DNA from: Lobosporangium transversale
Lineage: Eukaryota
Direction of reading: 5' to 3'
Length of the DNA stretch: 64,000 bases
NCBI RefSeq assembly: GCF_002105155.1
Contig: NW_019028999.1
Location: 496,001 to 560,000, forward strand
Part shown: in pieces, positions 38,338-52,771 of the stretch
Numbering within the stretch: position 1 is the stretch's first letter
Layout of the letters: the number at the start of each line of letters is the position of its first letter
The notes under the pieces: model-generated
Seen by the model: the letters and a program-made list of their open reading frames with translations, nothing else
Database searches by the model: none
Told to the model about the DNA's origin: nothing
Translations under genes and position numbers: made by a program

Positions 38338-40115
38338 TTATTGTAAATTTTTGGAAGGGAATACCAGAGCCATTGTAATCATACCCGCACCAATGGCTAA
38401 AAGCGCTATCACCTTTAAACTTAGTTGCTTATTTCGACTTAGATGGAATACATGTCTTCTTTCCAGAGGCGGATTACCTTGTTCGAGGTAGTATGATGAC
38501 GAGGATGATGCGAACGTGTGTAACTGGATGGAGCTGATACCCAAGTGACGATTGATTTTCGACGATTGATTTTGGCTTGAATCGTCTAGAAGCATCAGTA
38601 CTCCCAGCCAAATGTTTTGAAGTGGCTCAGAAAGCATTAACAGCTTATCTTGTTGTCGCTCATGCTTCTGTATCAGATATTGAATAGCAAGTGAATCCAG
38701 AGGTTCCTGCATAAGCAGGCTATTCAGGTGTCGACTCTTGAGGATCCTGGTCCTTCCTTCTTGCTCGAAATGAATAGGATCCTGTATGTATAAGCGGACC
38801 GAATGATAAAATAAGAAGAGAGAAAGCGTACTAGATATTGCTGGAGGTCTATAGCTATTGAGTTTTGTGTTACCTGGTAAACATCCAGCACAAATTGCGT
38901 CATCTCTTGAAACATGTTCTGCACACTCCAGAATGCAACAATAGAATCCTTGAGCTTCGTTGCCATTTCAACCCGCACCTTAGTCGTTTTGGTCGTTCTA
39001 GGTGTAGGTAGGGTCTTGTAGATTTTCGGCCACGTGTCCAGTACTAGATCCGCAAATGACTGAGCGACCCACAACTGCTCTTCGTCTAAATCAATCGCCT
39101 TTTTTTTTCCCTTCATCTGTTCCTGTACCTCTTCTGGAGACAAGGGCGTTCCAGCAGTTGTTAGCCTTGTTGTCTTTGAGCCTAGCGTGGGCGACGGCTG
39201 GTAAAGCGTCAATGCCTCAATGATCTGATCACTGAGCTGCTCCAGCCGTTCCGTGCGCTTTGCCAGTTCCTGAAAGACAACTCTGAAATGCTCAAGATCA
39301 AGGCCGGCAACTGAAGATGGGGGGCCAGCTGCCTGCAAAGCCGGCGAGCCGAGGTTATGGTGCTCCCATAGTTGGCGTTGGCTACATCGCGATGTTTCCG
39401 AAGGAATGTTTTGTCGATAAACTGATGGCAACGCCAATTTTGAAGGAGTTGAAGGGACTGAGGCGTCAGAGGAAACCACCGATCCTGCCGTCAGAGCCGT
39501 GAGTGTGAAAGGAGTAATTTTTTCTTCTTGTGATGCCTCAACCAAAAGCCGGCTTGGTTGCGATGGTCTTAAACCCATCGCCGAGGGAGCGGAGACGATG
39601 ATGGATCCTTTATTAGGTACAAGCACTGCAGATTGAGACCTGACAGTTACAGTTATCGGCTCTATTTGGGCTTTTATTCCTTGCTTACAATGGGTATCAT
39701 GTTTTTGTGGCATGGTCTCTATCTCGAACTCCAAGTTGTCCATGCTAGCTGATGCCTGAATTTGTGATGGGTTTAACTTCCCGTTGTTGCCGTGAGCTTG
39801 CGGCTTTGAAGATTTTTTGTCTCCGGCGCCATCGTCAACGACTGCAATGAGGATCTTTCCTAATGATTGCGGTTGTTGCCCTCTTGCTGTCTCCTGTATG
39901 CCCTGTTCGTCTGCTAACATGTGTTTTGTTGCTATTTGGGCTGCAGCCATTTCCGCTTTCCGAGCTTCTGTCACCGCTAATCCTGCTCTCTGTGTAAGGT
40001 CCTTTTCATCAACATCGGGAATATCTATACTATCGGGTTCATTTCGCAACTCCTGTTTTTCTGCAGGTGTGAGGCGACTGGTAGTTCTAATTGTAAGTGA
40101 TCTGTATGTATCCAT
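38338..40115 (-). CDS. Hypothetical protein with a C-terminal hydrophobic segment (probably 2 exons)
   Basis: 463-aa ORF plus 124-aa ORF, probably linked by an intron near 38780-38873. No family recognised. Confidence 0.55.
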
Positions 40116-42176
40116 TTTTTTTTAATGATTTGCACTGGAGACGAAATGAAAGATTATGACCAAGAAGTGAGAGAGGAATAGAGAAAGGATGGCTTTGAGG
40201 TTTGATAAGAGAATATATTAGTTGAAGTAGTTATCTACTAAAATCTTTGGAATAACTAGGAAAGGTTAGCAAAAAATTCTGATTCTACTTGAGGAAAAGA
40301 TGCTCGTCAATCCAAGTGCATACAGCATGAAATGATGTCCATCTTGTTCTTTATTTTTTTTTATTTTATTTTATTTTTTTTTTAAAAAAAAGCCATTGTC
40401 TTGAATTGCTTAAGCAACAGAAATATAGATATTGATAGGCCAGTTTGTAGGCGTTTAATGAAGCCTCAAATACCGATCTCAATTAATACTTACGATGAAA
40501 GCAGGCTGTTAGAGTGTGGTCCACATTCATCTACTTTTGTTTATATGAACCAAGCTGCATGAATTGCAACCACCATTCAAGCCTTTTAAACACCACAAAG
40601 CGTCAATGACATGGAGCGTCTCTCAATATTTAAAGGATCGCTGTTCTGCGCTTACAAAACATGTAGACATGTAGGGTTGGCGTGAACATTCTCCGTTTAC
40701 TAATAAGCACTTTAATCTAGTGCGTGATAGGCTAATTAACCAAGATAATTCTTCGTCGTCTACTTAGGAAGCAGCGCTTCAAATCGGTTCAGATCAAGGC
40801 TACCTGGTCGCCGTTCTATTTCCTCCTTGCTCTTTCTGGTTTTGAGATTCGAATGTATCGCGATTTTTAGGACATATTTCTATTACACACGTTCTCCATC
40901 TCTTTAATCTTCGAACGAAGAAAGGCGAAGAGGATCTAACCAGCCTCGGAATCTAGCTCAAGAGGAAGCGCCTTTTTCTTTGAGTAGTGTTGCTACGCGA
41001 AGTAGCTACTTATTAGCTCAAGGTCATTAGGATCAAGCTTCAATATGTTTTTGATTAGTCGATTAGTTGCGAGGCTCAAAATACAAAGCAGACGATAAAA
41101 GTTTTCGCTTTTTTGATTTATCAACTTTCTACGTATTCTCATTCAAAGTGAAACACATATTGGAATGATGTCCATTTTCCTGTTTTCAGCTGCATTTGCT
41201 ATTGTTGTTTCTAAGGCGCATTAAAAATATCGCTTTCAACCCATGCTAACACAACTGCAATCTGTTGAATGTACTCAAAGCGACTGCAGATCACTTTGCT
41301 GATTGTTACCGTCTAATCCAATATTGACAAGACAAGAGGGATCCTTTATCTGTTAATTAATATCCTATCGATAAGAGTAGGCTGCTCTCCAAGGACTGCG
41401 TCGAAAAGATGATCCATGCTGACTTTTACCTATACCAGTTCCTGTTACAACTGAAGTTGCTTTTATTAAAAAAAAAAAGTGGTCCTGTCTTCGAGGACAA
41501 ATGCCCGATGTGAAAGTGGTCTCTAAGATCGCCACCGAAGAGCCCATACCAACATTAAAAGGAGCTCGCGTCCTTGGCCTGGTCTTTACACTAGATGTCT
41601 CAAACTTGGCGATTGCAGGAAATATCGATTTCAACTTTGTGTGCAAGATTGGGTGCAAAGATTCCAAGGATATCAAGACGAACTTTCCGCGAGAGCCAGC
41701 TTGACAAGAAGGAAGTGCTAAATGGCTGCGAAAGCAAAGCATACAACACTGTGGAGCAAGATGTTGAGGTTGTTGGACAAGCTTAAGACTAAAGTCAATG
41801 ACAGACTGTCAGCCAAAGCAAAGCAGTTCAAAGATATGCTTTCATTCTAAATATCTAGTAATGACGCGCCCCCAATCTCTAAAGACAGATAGGAACTTAA
41901 CCTAAGGAAAAGCGCGTCAGAGCCATCCATTAAGAGTGATTGTCATTTTTCAGTGCACATTCTTTCACATTGGCTATTTTTTTTTTTTTTTTTTTTCATC
42001 ACAAAGGCGACATTACTTCACGTCCACGACAACCCTTACCCTATCGCTCATCCACTTCATTCTATCCAAACTCACATTTCATACACTCTCTCCCTGATTC
42101 AGTCGCATTTGTATTCTTGTCTCTTGTCTCGTCTTAAATCAGCCCCTCCTCACGCGACTGTGTAGGATCACTCACC

Positions 42177-45100
42177 ATGACCGAGCCCGGCATGTCATCC
42201 TCGCCGAGGCCACCCTCGCCCATCATGGTCACATCTTCACCGAAGCCCAACTCTTTACCAAAGAATATTAGTGTCGCCGCCAATCAACTTCGCTCACCTT
42301 CTCCTTCACCAAAGACGCCTCCAACTTATACTTGGGGTGGTTCTAACAGCAAGAACCGAGGCAAGTGCAGGTGTATCTGTGAAACATGTTCGTCGGGAAG
42401 CCCTTTTGTAGCTGAAAATAGACTAAACCTCTCTTCTATTCGTATTTCTGACTACAATGACGATATTTGACTTCAGATCTCAATAGCGATCCTCGTTATA
42501 AGAAGTATGTCCAGCTTGTAGAAAGAAACTTGCAATCGTTTGACAGTGTCAATGAATGGGCCGATGTAAATCCTTTCCTACTCAAGATATTGCGAGTAAG
42601 CTCCTGGTATTTTGCTTGGCATAATACTGAAGCCATGTGATGCCTTCATGATGACAAGAATGTTCAATCCAAGGACTAATAGAATTCTTCCTCCTATGCT
42701 TGTAAATGTCTTTATTATATTTGCATTTCATTCTGGCACGGATCAATCCAGTCATTTCAAGCATACCCGCAATATACAGTAATTCCACGGGGCCTGACTG
42801 TAGCAAAGAGACTAGCACAGTGCTTGAATCCGGCTTTACCAGCAGGAGTACATGGAAAGACGCTGGAGGTCTACGCATACATCCTCGAAACCATTGGAGT
42901 ATGTATATCTCTGGCCATTAAGCTACAACATCTCTAGAATCCGTGGCGAATATCCTGCTAATTATGAGTATTTCTTTTTTTGATGTTCACTATTGACCTA
43001 AAGCCGGATCAACTAGCCGAGGACATCACTTTGTGGTCGTATGGGTTGTTCCCTTTTCTTCAATATGCGTCTTTGTCCGTCAAAGTAAGTAAAAAAGCAA
43101 TTTCGGGAGCATGATTCTACTGCTACATCTCGTCCATTTCTTATTGTCATTACAAGAAGAAATAACAGGTATGATTTGTGCCACGTTGCATCTTGGACAG
43201 CCACAACTACTCGACATCTACGAAAAGTATTACCTGCCACTTAAAGATCGGCTCAAGCCATGTTTAAAGAGTTTCTTGATCGGTTTACTCCCTGGGCTTG
43301 ACGAGGAGGGTAGCGAATTTTTTGACAGAGTCCTTAACATCATTGACAGCCTTCGCAAGGCAGTTGATGAAACATTTTTCTTTCAGTGCATGTGGTTGAT
43401 CCTCATCACTTCATCTCCGCATCGAGGACCTGCTTTGCATTATCTTGGCAGGAGAATGCCTTTGCTGACAAACACAGAAGGTATTTGGCAGATGTACATA
43501 GGGATAGACTTCTGAGCATTGGCATTATAATTATGAAAATTAACAGCCTTGATACTCATATTCCCTCGATATTAGATGTGGCATTTGTACTAGGAGATGA
43601 TGCGGGACTAATGGTGAGAGCCTTTTCAGCAACAGTGGGCGATACCCAGCTTCTTGTTCAGCGCGCCATGTTGGATCTCATGGTCGTACACTTTCCCATC
43701 AGCAACGGGTATGTGTAGTAGAAGGTTGGCAACATATTAGTTACTATTGGCTTGATTGCTATTGCTCATCATTACTATTATTATTATTTTAATTTCCTTT
43801 TTAATAGGCTGATCGAGCATAATGATCTTGTAGTCCTCGTTAAGGCGGCAGTAGGCGTAGTGTTGCGGAAGGATATGTCACTCAATAGAAGATTGTATGC
43901 ATGGTTGCTAGGTAAGCGCCTATTGGTTGTCATGAATAACAAGCTTGTGTGCAATGAATGACATGAGTATGGATTTACGGATTTATAACTGGACTTTTTT
44001 TTTTTTTTTTTTTTTTTTATAAACAGGTGCACAAGAAAGGAAGAAGAAGGTATTTAATGGACCAGCAAAGACTGCTTTGATCGTTGGACTTCGGGTAAGC
44101 AGTATGGCGTGAAATGTCAGCATAGAAAGTGATTGGGTGATCATGGACTTAGTTTTGATTGTTTCTTTGTTTAGCTAATGCATGTCTCTTTTTTTATACT
44201 AGAGTATATTGCTTTCCGACAGCAAAGACCTTCAAGAGAATCAGAAACCCTATCGCGTGTTTGTCTCTTTATTAGATGAGTGGGACATCGGGTATCCTGT
44301 AATCCAGGCGGTGTTCCTTGATGCTGTGATATCATTAAAAAGACATGTTGATCAAGATAATCATGGAACAGAGGTATTACAATCACCATCCACATGCATA
44401 CATAGTCGTGCAGACGATTGCTTTGAGCACACCAAAAATATGAAGTAATGTACCTAATGTATAGCTCTCATTAATGCAGCTTATTCAAACAGCCACCATG
44501 TGGATCGATATGACGGACCCTTACCTCATCTGGAAAAAGCTCTCCGAGGCTATATACGATAACTTTCCTGCGGAGCTCGGAAAGGAAACATATGCTGTAG
44601 ACTTAGTCATCTTTTTTTTGAACTCATTCAAGTTGAGCGATGAGGAAATGCAGCATATGCATATGCCTATGTTTCTACTCTTCGTCTTGACAAGAATCCA
44701 GGTATATTTACCACAGTCAAGACCTTCCTAGAATCCTGCTCGGATAAACTATCGTCGATGCATTGGTTTTGCTTTTCGGACTTGGACAATGACAAGCTAA
44801 CAAGCTTTTCTCATTCCCTTTTAGGATATCATCTCTAAGGATAATCTTAATATGTATGCGGAACAGGTCAACAATGCTCTTCTGCTGTGCTTGATGCTAT
44901 TTCGACATATACCTGCGTCTGTCTTTGTACCTCAGGCTACTATGCAGTCTCTGCAGGCACCTCAGCCGACACGTGCTCCAAAATCAAAGCCTTCCACCCC
45001 TGTACCTACCCCTGCCCATACCAAATCAGAGAGCACAAGCAGCAATCAACAACCAAAAATTATAACATTTGACTCGCGCATGGATGTCAAGGACTACATT

Positions 45101-46528
45101 GAGGAGTTCTACATGCTCCGCCCTCAAAAGTCGGATGATATTGAAGATGCTTCAACCACGAAAGAATATGCTGGAATTAGAGGCGAAGCGTTGACGCAGC
45201 AGGCATTGGTATTTATCCAGAATTTCATTCAGAATATTCTTGATGCCTGCATGAAGGACAGCATGAAGGCACACGCGCATACATCAAGGACCATGATCCA
45301 GAAAGCTTGCAAGATTCTGCTGATCCTCTCCAGATATCATGCACCATCTACCTCTGTAGATGATTGCTTTACTGGAGATTGGATTGAAAAAATGCGTGCG
45401 GCATCTCGTGAGGTAATCACTATAACCCAACAGAGTTAAAGCCCACAATACACTGATGGTGCTTCTAGCTGACCTTTATTTTCCGTTGAATCAATATAGA
45501 TGGCAGATTTCGCAGTCATCGATGCGTTGGTAACAACAATGGTGGAGCTTACAGTCGAGCTAAAGGTGGTTCATCCATCCTTCTTGGATAATCGTGTGCA
45601 TATGAGACCAATAGTAGACAGGGTCTGGACTTTCCTAGCAGAGGAATACATGCATTTGCACCTTCGTGCTTCTCAGTTGATCTGGATGCTACAGGATATC
45701 ACCTCGGTTAGCCACGAAGTCGAAACGGCCATCGCCTCTTACCTAGTTTCGGAAAATACCAAGACGAGGATCGATGCATTCCAAAAATTCGGGGTTTTCT
45801 GGCGATTGTCAGGTAATAATATTATGATCTAGTCAATAGCTCGAGATGGCTACTTTATTCAGCTCCTAATTCTAGTTAACCTGCCACTTCCTCATAACAA
45901 TGGACTAGACGACATCCAACATAACTCTGCAGCATTCGTTCGCCCGATGATGTTGATGCTTGACTCGCTTAGTAGTACCAACCCATCCAATAGAAGAGCA
46001 GGGGAGACATGGATCCGAAGTAACCTTAAATCGTACCCTCGACTGCTCGATCCACTTCTGCTTGTTCTCTACGACCATACAATTGTTCGTAATGAAATGG
46101 AGGAGACATTCCACAACGAGCACTTCCCGGTACATTACTATATACGTGATTTTAATCAGGCACAGGTGCATTATGTTTTCAATACTCTTTTGACTGTGTT
46201 TCGATTCGGAGGACTTGGATTTTTGAGGTCATTACGCCAGTCAACTATTCACCTTGATATTGTTTCTTCTGTATCAGAAATTGTTGAAGTCACAGGTATG
46301 AAGCATAATCAGCGACCGGTTAGTTCGCATGATAGGGCGATATTATGATGAGACATCGCGAAAATGCTGGGATCTAGCACTGACAGTGCACGCATTATTT
46401 ACATTACTCTTAGATCCGAACCTGCCGCCTACATACTTGGAGTGCTTTGTGCGGTCAGCGTTAAGGCAAGTAATGATATTAATATTGCTTTTATACCCAA
46501 AGCTTGTTGTCCAGATCGCTCATACTAT

Positions 46529-46561
<33 letters not shown>

Positions 46562-49500
46562 CCTATCGACAATAGATTCATTGAAAGCGAGCCCACCAGT
46601 GATTACAAGTCGATGTTGAACTTGAATGAAGAGATCCATATGGTCGCGACTGATTTTCTGCATTTCATCATTTCCAAAGTTGATCATATTGAGCCTCCTC
46701 TTCTTGCAATGATCCATAAAACAGTCATCAATAAGATGCTTTATTGCATCAATCACAGCCGTCTTGATCTTCAGAGCCGTCTACTTCACCTCCTTCACGC
46801 CACTATCTTAATGGGCACCACATCCGTTAAGAAAGCCAATAACATCGCGGGAATATCTTCTTCACAAGCTGTCCCTATACCTCGGGACAGCTCCATGTCA
46901 ACATTCGAAGGCACATCAATCAGCTCGAACCCAGCTAGCAACGATGCCAACGAAAGCCTATTCCGTGTTGTTGGATCTTCACCACTTTTCGTCAAGACCA
47001 TCTTTGATGCACTCTCAGTTCCTTCGAATCGACCAATTTTGCAGCATTGGATGGATTTCCTAATGTTAGCGCTTCCATTCTTGACGAATTATTTTAGAAA
47101 AGTTTTACTACCTGTGATTCAATGCTTGTGCGATCAGATCCTGAGGAGTAGGGCGTGCCTGCAGGAAGCCTACTTGAGCCAAGCTAAAAATCCTTCAACA
47201 GCCTCACCAATGCTGACGGACCAGGACCTTATGATATTTTTGACTGGATTGGAGAGACTATTGACATTCAGTTTGGCTGAAGCCCGGCTGGGCGAGGACG
47301 TGGACCTGGTTCATAAGCAAGAATGGGAAGACGGACTACGAGGCACACCAGGCCTTGTCGCAAATGTTTTGAGTATCGAGGTGCACCCCAGTGATGCATA
47401 CCAGGAGACTAGAGCTCGAGACACTGTTCTGCACAACATTGTGGGCATTATACAGATATTTATTGAGCTCTGGGCTGTTTTTGACAGCAAAATTTCTACG
47501 GCTACTTCTGAAGCAGAGGATGTATCACTTCAGTTTGTAGGCGAACGTGTACGAGCTAGGCTAAAGCGCATCTTGGCGGGTCTGTACAAGTCTTATCCAT
47601 CTGAAGTCACAGAAGCGTTCGTGGAGTTATTCTTGGCAGAGAATCCGGTTGCCCTGGATTTGGAAAACCAAAAACTTGATCCAGATTACAGAACGCTGGA
47701 GATTCTGAGCGTAGTTCCTGGGGCGTCTCCTTTGGCAATTTTTTTGACTCTGATTGAAAGTATCCGAGCGAGGACTCCTGGTATGGCAACAACACGGTCC
47801 AAGCGTCCTAATCTTAGGATAAGCAAAGCGTAAGTTGTTATTATTATTACTACTACTACTACTACTATTATTCTTATTATTATTTCTCTGCACCCTTCAG
47901 AACAGATGCTAATAGCCCAAGAACGAAACCATTTTATTCTAGATCGGATATCGTCCTTCTGCGCTTTGTGGAGATTTACTGCAACTATCTCCCACAAGTT
48001 GATTCCCTTGTGGATCTATGGCCACTTTGTCTAAATTTTGTCCGCGATTATTTTCCACAGGCAACGACGTATAAATATGCTTTTCCATCCTTGCTTCGTG
48101 TTATGACTGTACTCTGCGATCGCCTCTCTAATACAACCTACTTTGAAGACAAAAAGATTCGCCGTGATGCCTCAGACCTGTATGGACGTGTTGTAGAACA
48201 GTGTGTTCTCATCGCCGGTCGTTCGTTTGATCATGGCATCTGGCTTCGAAACAGGAATCCACAAGATCTAGAGATCCTTGAAGAAAGCGATACAGATTCA
48301 ACTCGTGAATCTATTAAGCCTCTCTCGTCTGGTTCCTCCGAAGCAGAGCAGGCGAAACGGACCGGCAAGACTAAAGAGGATGTGCTGATTCAACAAATCC
48401 TTACGAGTCTTGTTCAGATGGTTATTCCGAATTTGAGAAAAATTTTGCAGGAACAGGATCGAATTACGCAAGCAATCAGCAATCTGATGTACTATGTGAT
48501 AGCGCCATCGTTAAAGTCGCGAGTCGGCATTAATGACTCGTCTGTGGATCTACTGTGCGAGATCTCAAAAATCCCGTTCGTATATCGAACTTGGCGTAAG
48601 GAAGTTTGGGAGGTCTTTTTGGACAACAAGTTCTTTGTGATGGGCCCTGCTGTGGCTAGAAAATACCGCATACTGATACAGACCGCTATGACATCCGAAA
48701 AAGAACGATTGGTTGAGTTATTGGGTCGGATATCGACGTCGCCGTCAAGTGCGTTATTCACCAGCCGTGACCAAGAATCACTTAATAGAGCGCTGATGCT
48801 GCGTCGACTGACATTTGTAATATGGTGCGGTGCAGTGGACCAATATCTCCCCCAATTACCCAACATTCAAGAAAAACTCGTGGAATTACTCAAGCTCAGC
48901 TCTACGGAGCAAGTGCATCCAGAGGTAAAAACAAGCACCAATGAAAGAAATCGTGTCGTCTTGGTTCTTATCTTGTGTTCACTCACTATTTTTTTGTCTC
49001 TATTGTTAAAAGATCTATTTGTGTCTCCGTGTGTTGCTCTGCCGAATTTCGAATCAGCACTTGAACAACTTTTGGCCAGTACTTCTGACTGAACTGGTGA
49101 GTGGCGCCATTCTTGTTCCGGTTGCTGTACTGTAATCTGGGCAGCTAGATTTTAAATAAGAAAGCTTATTATCCTCTTCTTTGCCTTACTAGATCCAAAT
49201 TTTTAACGTTTTCTTGATGGATGAAAACGATCGACCAGAACAAGTCAGTCTTTTATTGTCTGCGTGCAAATTCTTGGATTTATTGTTCGTTCTGGAAGAT
49301 GGCCAATATTTCATGTAGGTGCTCAAAACGCTTCCGTTTAGCCACTACCATCTTTGTTTTTGTATATACTAATTGATTTTTTTTGGTCTGTTTCAGTCAT
49401 CAATGGATATTTATTTCAGATGCTATTCGCAACACGGTGATGGCTTCACCTATGGGCGAAGCCATGCCCCATGCCCTCATGGATCGACTAGGCAAAAAAC

Positions 49501-50036
49501 TCTTTGAGGAAGGCCCAGTTGACGGGTATGCCAGTTCCAATTCCACAGTCATCGCGCCTGATAGCTCTGGGGTCTCTATAAACACTGTTGCAGCTGTGAA
49601 TGATCAAAATCGTACGCAACAGGCAACCGCACTTTCTGAAGAAGATCGTTGGCTGTCAGACAACGATGTCCTAGAGAAAATGTCATTCGGTTCATTGAAT
49701 CCTCTTACAGATTCAACAGGGGCTGTACTCCCATTATCCCTTTCCAACCCCTATGCAACAGCATCACTGACATTTCAAGGATCAGAGCAACAGCAGCAAT
49801 CTGCTAAAGGCTTGTTGATACCGTCTTCATTGTCAACATCTACATCTGCGCGAGCACTCAAGCGCCCGATGCTGACAATGCGATCGATTCAGAACGTGCG
49901 CGAACTTGAATTCTTCTTAACCCATGTAGCCCAGTATGTGTACCATACGACGTATTTGTTGGCAAAGCCAGACATGCAGTTTATAGAAGCTCTGATAGAG
50001 CGTGACATACTAAGTGGCAGTGGTCTGGAAGAATAG
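42177..50036 (+). CDS. DOP1: Dopey family protein (multi-exon)
   Basis: DPRYKKY..VERNLQSFDSVNEWAD, KRLAQCLNPALPAGVHGK, VLRKDMSLNRRLYAWLLG, C-terminal LRRLTFVIW..LPNIQEKLVE and NFWPVLLTEL. Confidence 0.95.
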
Positions 50037-50134
50037 ATTTATTATGACAATAATTATAGTGCAAATAATAATAGAAAAAAAAAGGCAGGAATAATATACA
50101 CTTTTAATGCAGGGCATATAGCCTGGCCCTCGGT

Positions 50135-51804
50135 TTAATCAGTAAATCCAGGCTGAACCATTAGAGGATCATACCCATCATTGTTCTTGTCATCACGCTC
50201 GGTTGACAGCATCTCAGTCTTTAATGAGTCAACTGGAGATGAATTGCTCCCAAGAGGACCAGAGGATGCATCAGTTGCCGTAGTTAAAGCGGTCATTGTC
50301 GGTATACTACAACTTGAAGGCAAGCCTGCTGATGATCCTTTTCGCGAACTAGACTTTCCTGTACTTTCAGTCTCGCCAGTCATGTTGGTTCGGACTCCGC
50401 TTCCTGATCGACTAAGTTTCGTGGCTGGGAAATATCCTAAACTAGAGCGTCCTTCATCCTGGTCACCACTGTTGTAGTCACTATTGTAGCCACTATTGTA
50501 GCCGCTGTTGTAGCCGCTATTATAGCCATTGTTGTAGCCACCAACATCGCCACTCCCAAGCTCAGCATTATGCGGCAACCGTTCGGGTGCTCTGCTCTTA
50601 TCAGACTCAGTCGCGAAAAGATTCGGACTTGCTCCAGCATTATCGCTCTGCCGAACCTTTGCCTGATCCTCTTGGATTAGATCAGGCGCAAATGGTGATC
50701 CAAGTCCTGAAGGCCAATATGACCTCGAACGACCACTTGGCAGTAGTCCATATCCTCGACCGCTGTCACCTCCAGTTGAGTTCAAGGTACTTCCAGCGTT
50801 GCTCATAAGATCCTGGATGGAACTCCAGGCCGTTTCGAGGGCCTGTAATTTCTCTTGTTCATAATGAATTTGCTGTCGAGCATAATCTTGAACTGCCATC
50901 TGCCATTCTTTCGCTTTATCTTTTTCATATCGCAGCAACTCACGTGTAACCACCTCTTGACTCTGCTTAAATTCATTACGAGCCTCATTCAAGGTCACAT
51001 TAGCGCCCTCCAAACTCAATTTTGCTTTATCAACGAGATCAGCTGAGGGAGCAGCTGAAGTTTTCTGAATAGCCTGTTCAACTTGAGCTTGTCTTTTTGC
51101 AACTTTTTTTGACGCTGATACATATTCCGACAATCGATCTGTCCTTGCATTCATCACGTCCTAATAGGGAAACTAAATCTTCAGCGTTGGGAAAAAACTA
51201 CATTATGCTATACTTTACATGAGAGGAAGCTTGGTAGTCAACAAAAAAAAGTCCAAGTAACATAGAACCTTTACCTTCAAGCCTTGCAACATGCTTTTAT
51301 ATTCTTGTACTAGGTCCATAAAATGGAAAGTCTCGGCCTTCACTTGGCGTCGTGTGCTCAAGCGGAGCTCATCTGTAAGCACGCCAAAAATCTGCATTTC
51401 TTCATCCAATACTTGATGCCGCTCTCGATTATCAATTCGCTGACCGTCTCCAAGGCGATGTTTACTACTAAGTACTTCCATGGTAGCATCACCGAGTTGT
51501 GAACATGTGTCGCCAAGCTCTGAAATGATTATTAAGGCAGAAAGAGGCCGAGTTAGAAATTCATTCATGACCAATTATAGTAGTTTTGGCGTGAAATGAA
51601 TAAACAAATAGAAGGCTTCTATTTACTCTCTCTTTCTTTGGTGAGACGTAGCCCAGCATCTAAAAGACCCGTAAATGACTGCTCCATTGCAAGGATGTAT
51701 ACCTGTCTTCTCTGAAATTCGCCTTGGTCATTCTACATCGTAAATGAAATCAAATAGCGATTAAAGCGAAATCAAGTTAGTCCGCAGTATAAGTTACTTG
51801 TTCA

Positions 51805-51887
<83 letters not shown>

Positions 51888-52611
51888 CTCACCCACCTCT
51901 TCTACATTTTCCGCTGGTCTATATATTCTCAGTCCACGGTCATAGCTAGGTTTGATGATATTATCGAGCCGTAAAAATCCTAGCGTGGTTCTCCTTGAGT
52001 CTACAGAGTCTAAATGGGTCTTTTTTTTTTTTTTTTTTTTTTTAATAAAACATGCCGACCCCATATTAAAAATAAGTTGAACGATCAATAGATTGTAATA
52101 TGCTAAGACTAAACAGTAATTGTTCGCGATACCATACCATTTCTGTTCCAACAAACCACAGCAAGGCTTCGCTTGTAGCAAATTCTGTCCGGTGGCAAAC
52201 CCGCTGTAGAAATCTTTCGATCTGAACTCTCTTTTGCTCCACCTGATCCACATCTTCAGACAGCCTTTCGCTCAGTGGTTCGGGTAGAGGTGGAATTACG
52301 CAGTCGACAAAAGTACTCTGCAGTTTATGATGTAGCCAGCGGACCTGAGGAAATGTTCGAAAAATTGGATATGTCTGTTGGGTAGAACCATAAAATTAAT
52401 ATTATACGTAAAAATAGTAAAACAGGAATAGGTATCTCAAGGAAATTTGCATTTTTCTTAATGCACTTTTACATAAGGTCATGTATTCATAATACCATGG
52501 TACTGACATTGCCATTACCGAATCATGAGTTGCCGTGGTAACAAGAATCTTAAATGTTATAGTTCCACCACTGGAAGCGGCTTCGGGAACCGATACTTTT
52601 AATTGCTTCAT
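50135..52611 (-). CDS. PX-BAR sorting nexin-like protein (multi-exon)
   Basis: PX features FRTFPQVRWLHHKL..CVIPPLPE..KRVQIERFLQRV, then BAR-like helices (VTRELLRYEKDK) and a disordered tail. Confidence 0.8.
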
Positions 52612-52771
52612 GACTAGTGAACGCGCAAGATGCTAAATGGGAAGGTTAGTACTTTAATTGATGGTAAAATAATGAAAGAATAAAGTGTGGGGAGAACTGT
52701 TGGGTAATTGTTCCTTCACAAATGATCCGAATATCAGTGGAAAACACGTCACACGGCCAAGATTGTGCTGT

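Noticed and set aside
41365..41790. Short overlapping ORFs that may be a gene relic
   Set aside because: No family motif could be supported.
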